Shown piece by piece: positions 63,701 through 64,000 of a DNA stretch of 64,000 nucleotides. The position numbers and the translations under genes are program-made. The notes below the pieces were generated by a model that had not been told where the DNA came from, made no database searches, and saw only the letters and a program-made list of their open reading frames with translations. The DNA comes from Mytilus trossulus (taxonomy: Eukaryota). Positions within the stretch are counted from its first letter, which is position 1. The number at the start of each line of letters is the position of its first letter. Location: assembly GCF_036588685.1 (NCBI RefSeq), contig NC_086380.1, positions 6,882,001 through 6,946,000 of the forward strand. Direction: 5' to 3'.

Positions 63701-64000
63701 GTCTGTAAAATTAACAAATGTTTGATATGTTTTATTCGTAAAACAATTCGCTATGTTTATCTGTTTTTAATTTTCATCATAACTATATACCAATATAAAT
63801 CAATATTGCATAATCACTGATCTATAATAAATAAAATTGAACGATATCTATATATGATATATAATTATATGTAAAGTGATGTCAAGGCTATCATCATAGA
63901 CTTGATATTTAGTTTTTACTTATGCTATACTTCTAGACCACCACAAGCATGTTATCGATCACATAAATTTGATATGTTATGTAATGGTGCATTCATTGAA

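Noticed and set aside
57305-64000. Short 60-100 aa ORFs here and throughout the window
   Set aside because: Low-complexity AT-rich or repeat-derived, or antisense to real exons; no motifs or consistent splice structure.

Overview
AT-rich, intron-containing animal genomic DNA. Gene content and repeat families point to a bivalve, most likely a Mytilus mussel (inference). I assembled six gene models by hand from GT/AG boundaries and codon phase. (1) The 5' part of a ketosamine-3-kinase (FN3KRP/FN3K-like) gene on the minus strand, running off the left edge. (2-3) Two tandem, apparently intact, secreted copper/TPQ amine oxidase genes of 5 coding exons each, starting with a 5-nt ATGAG coding segment; a collapsed relic of AOC sequence lies in the last intron of copy 2. 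(4-5) Two signal-peptide/coiled-coil/gC1q (C1qDC) genes; the second has one leader exon followed by two alternative globular-head exons, each with a different lesion. (6) A 164-aa secreted EGF/cbEGF/mucin-tail protein on the minus strand. Non-coding DNA is dense with mobile elements: a hammerhead-ribozyme retrozyme family (one copy with an intact core at 17989-18030, others decayed and circularly permuted), a foldback IS3EU-type element, MITEs with 5-, 6- and 9-bp TSDs, a Helentron-like element, tRNA-derived SINEs and an L2-type tail. There is also a decayed GC-richer orphan ORF at about 53 kb. No CRISPR array, rRNA or convincing tRNA gene was found.
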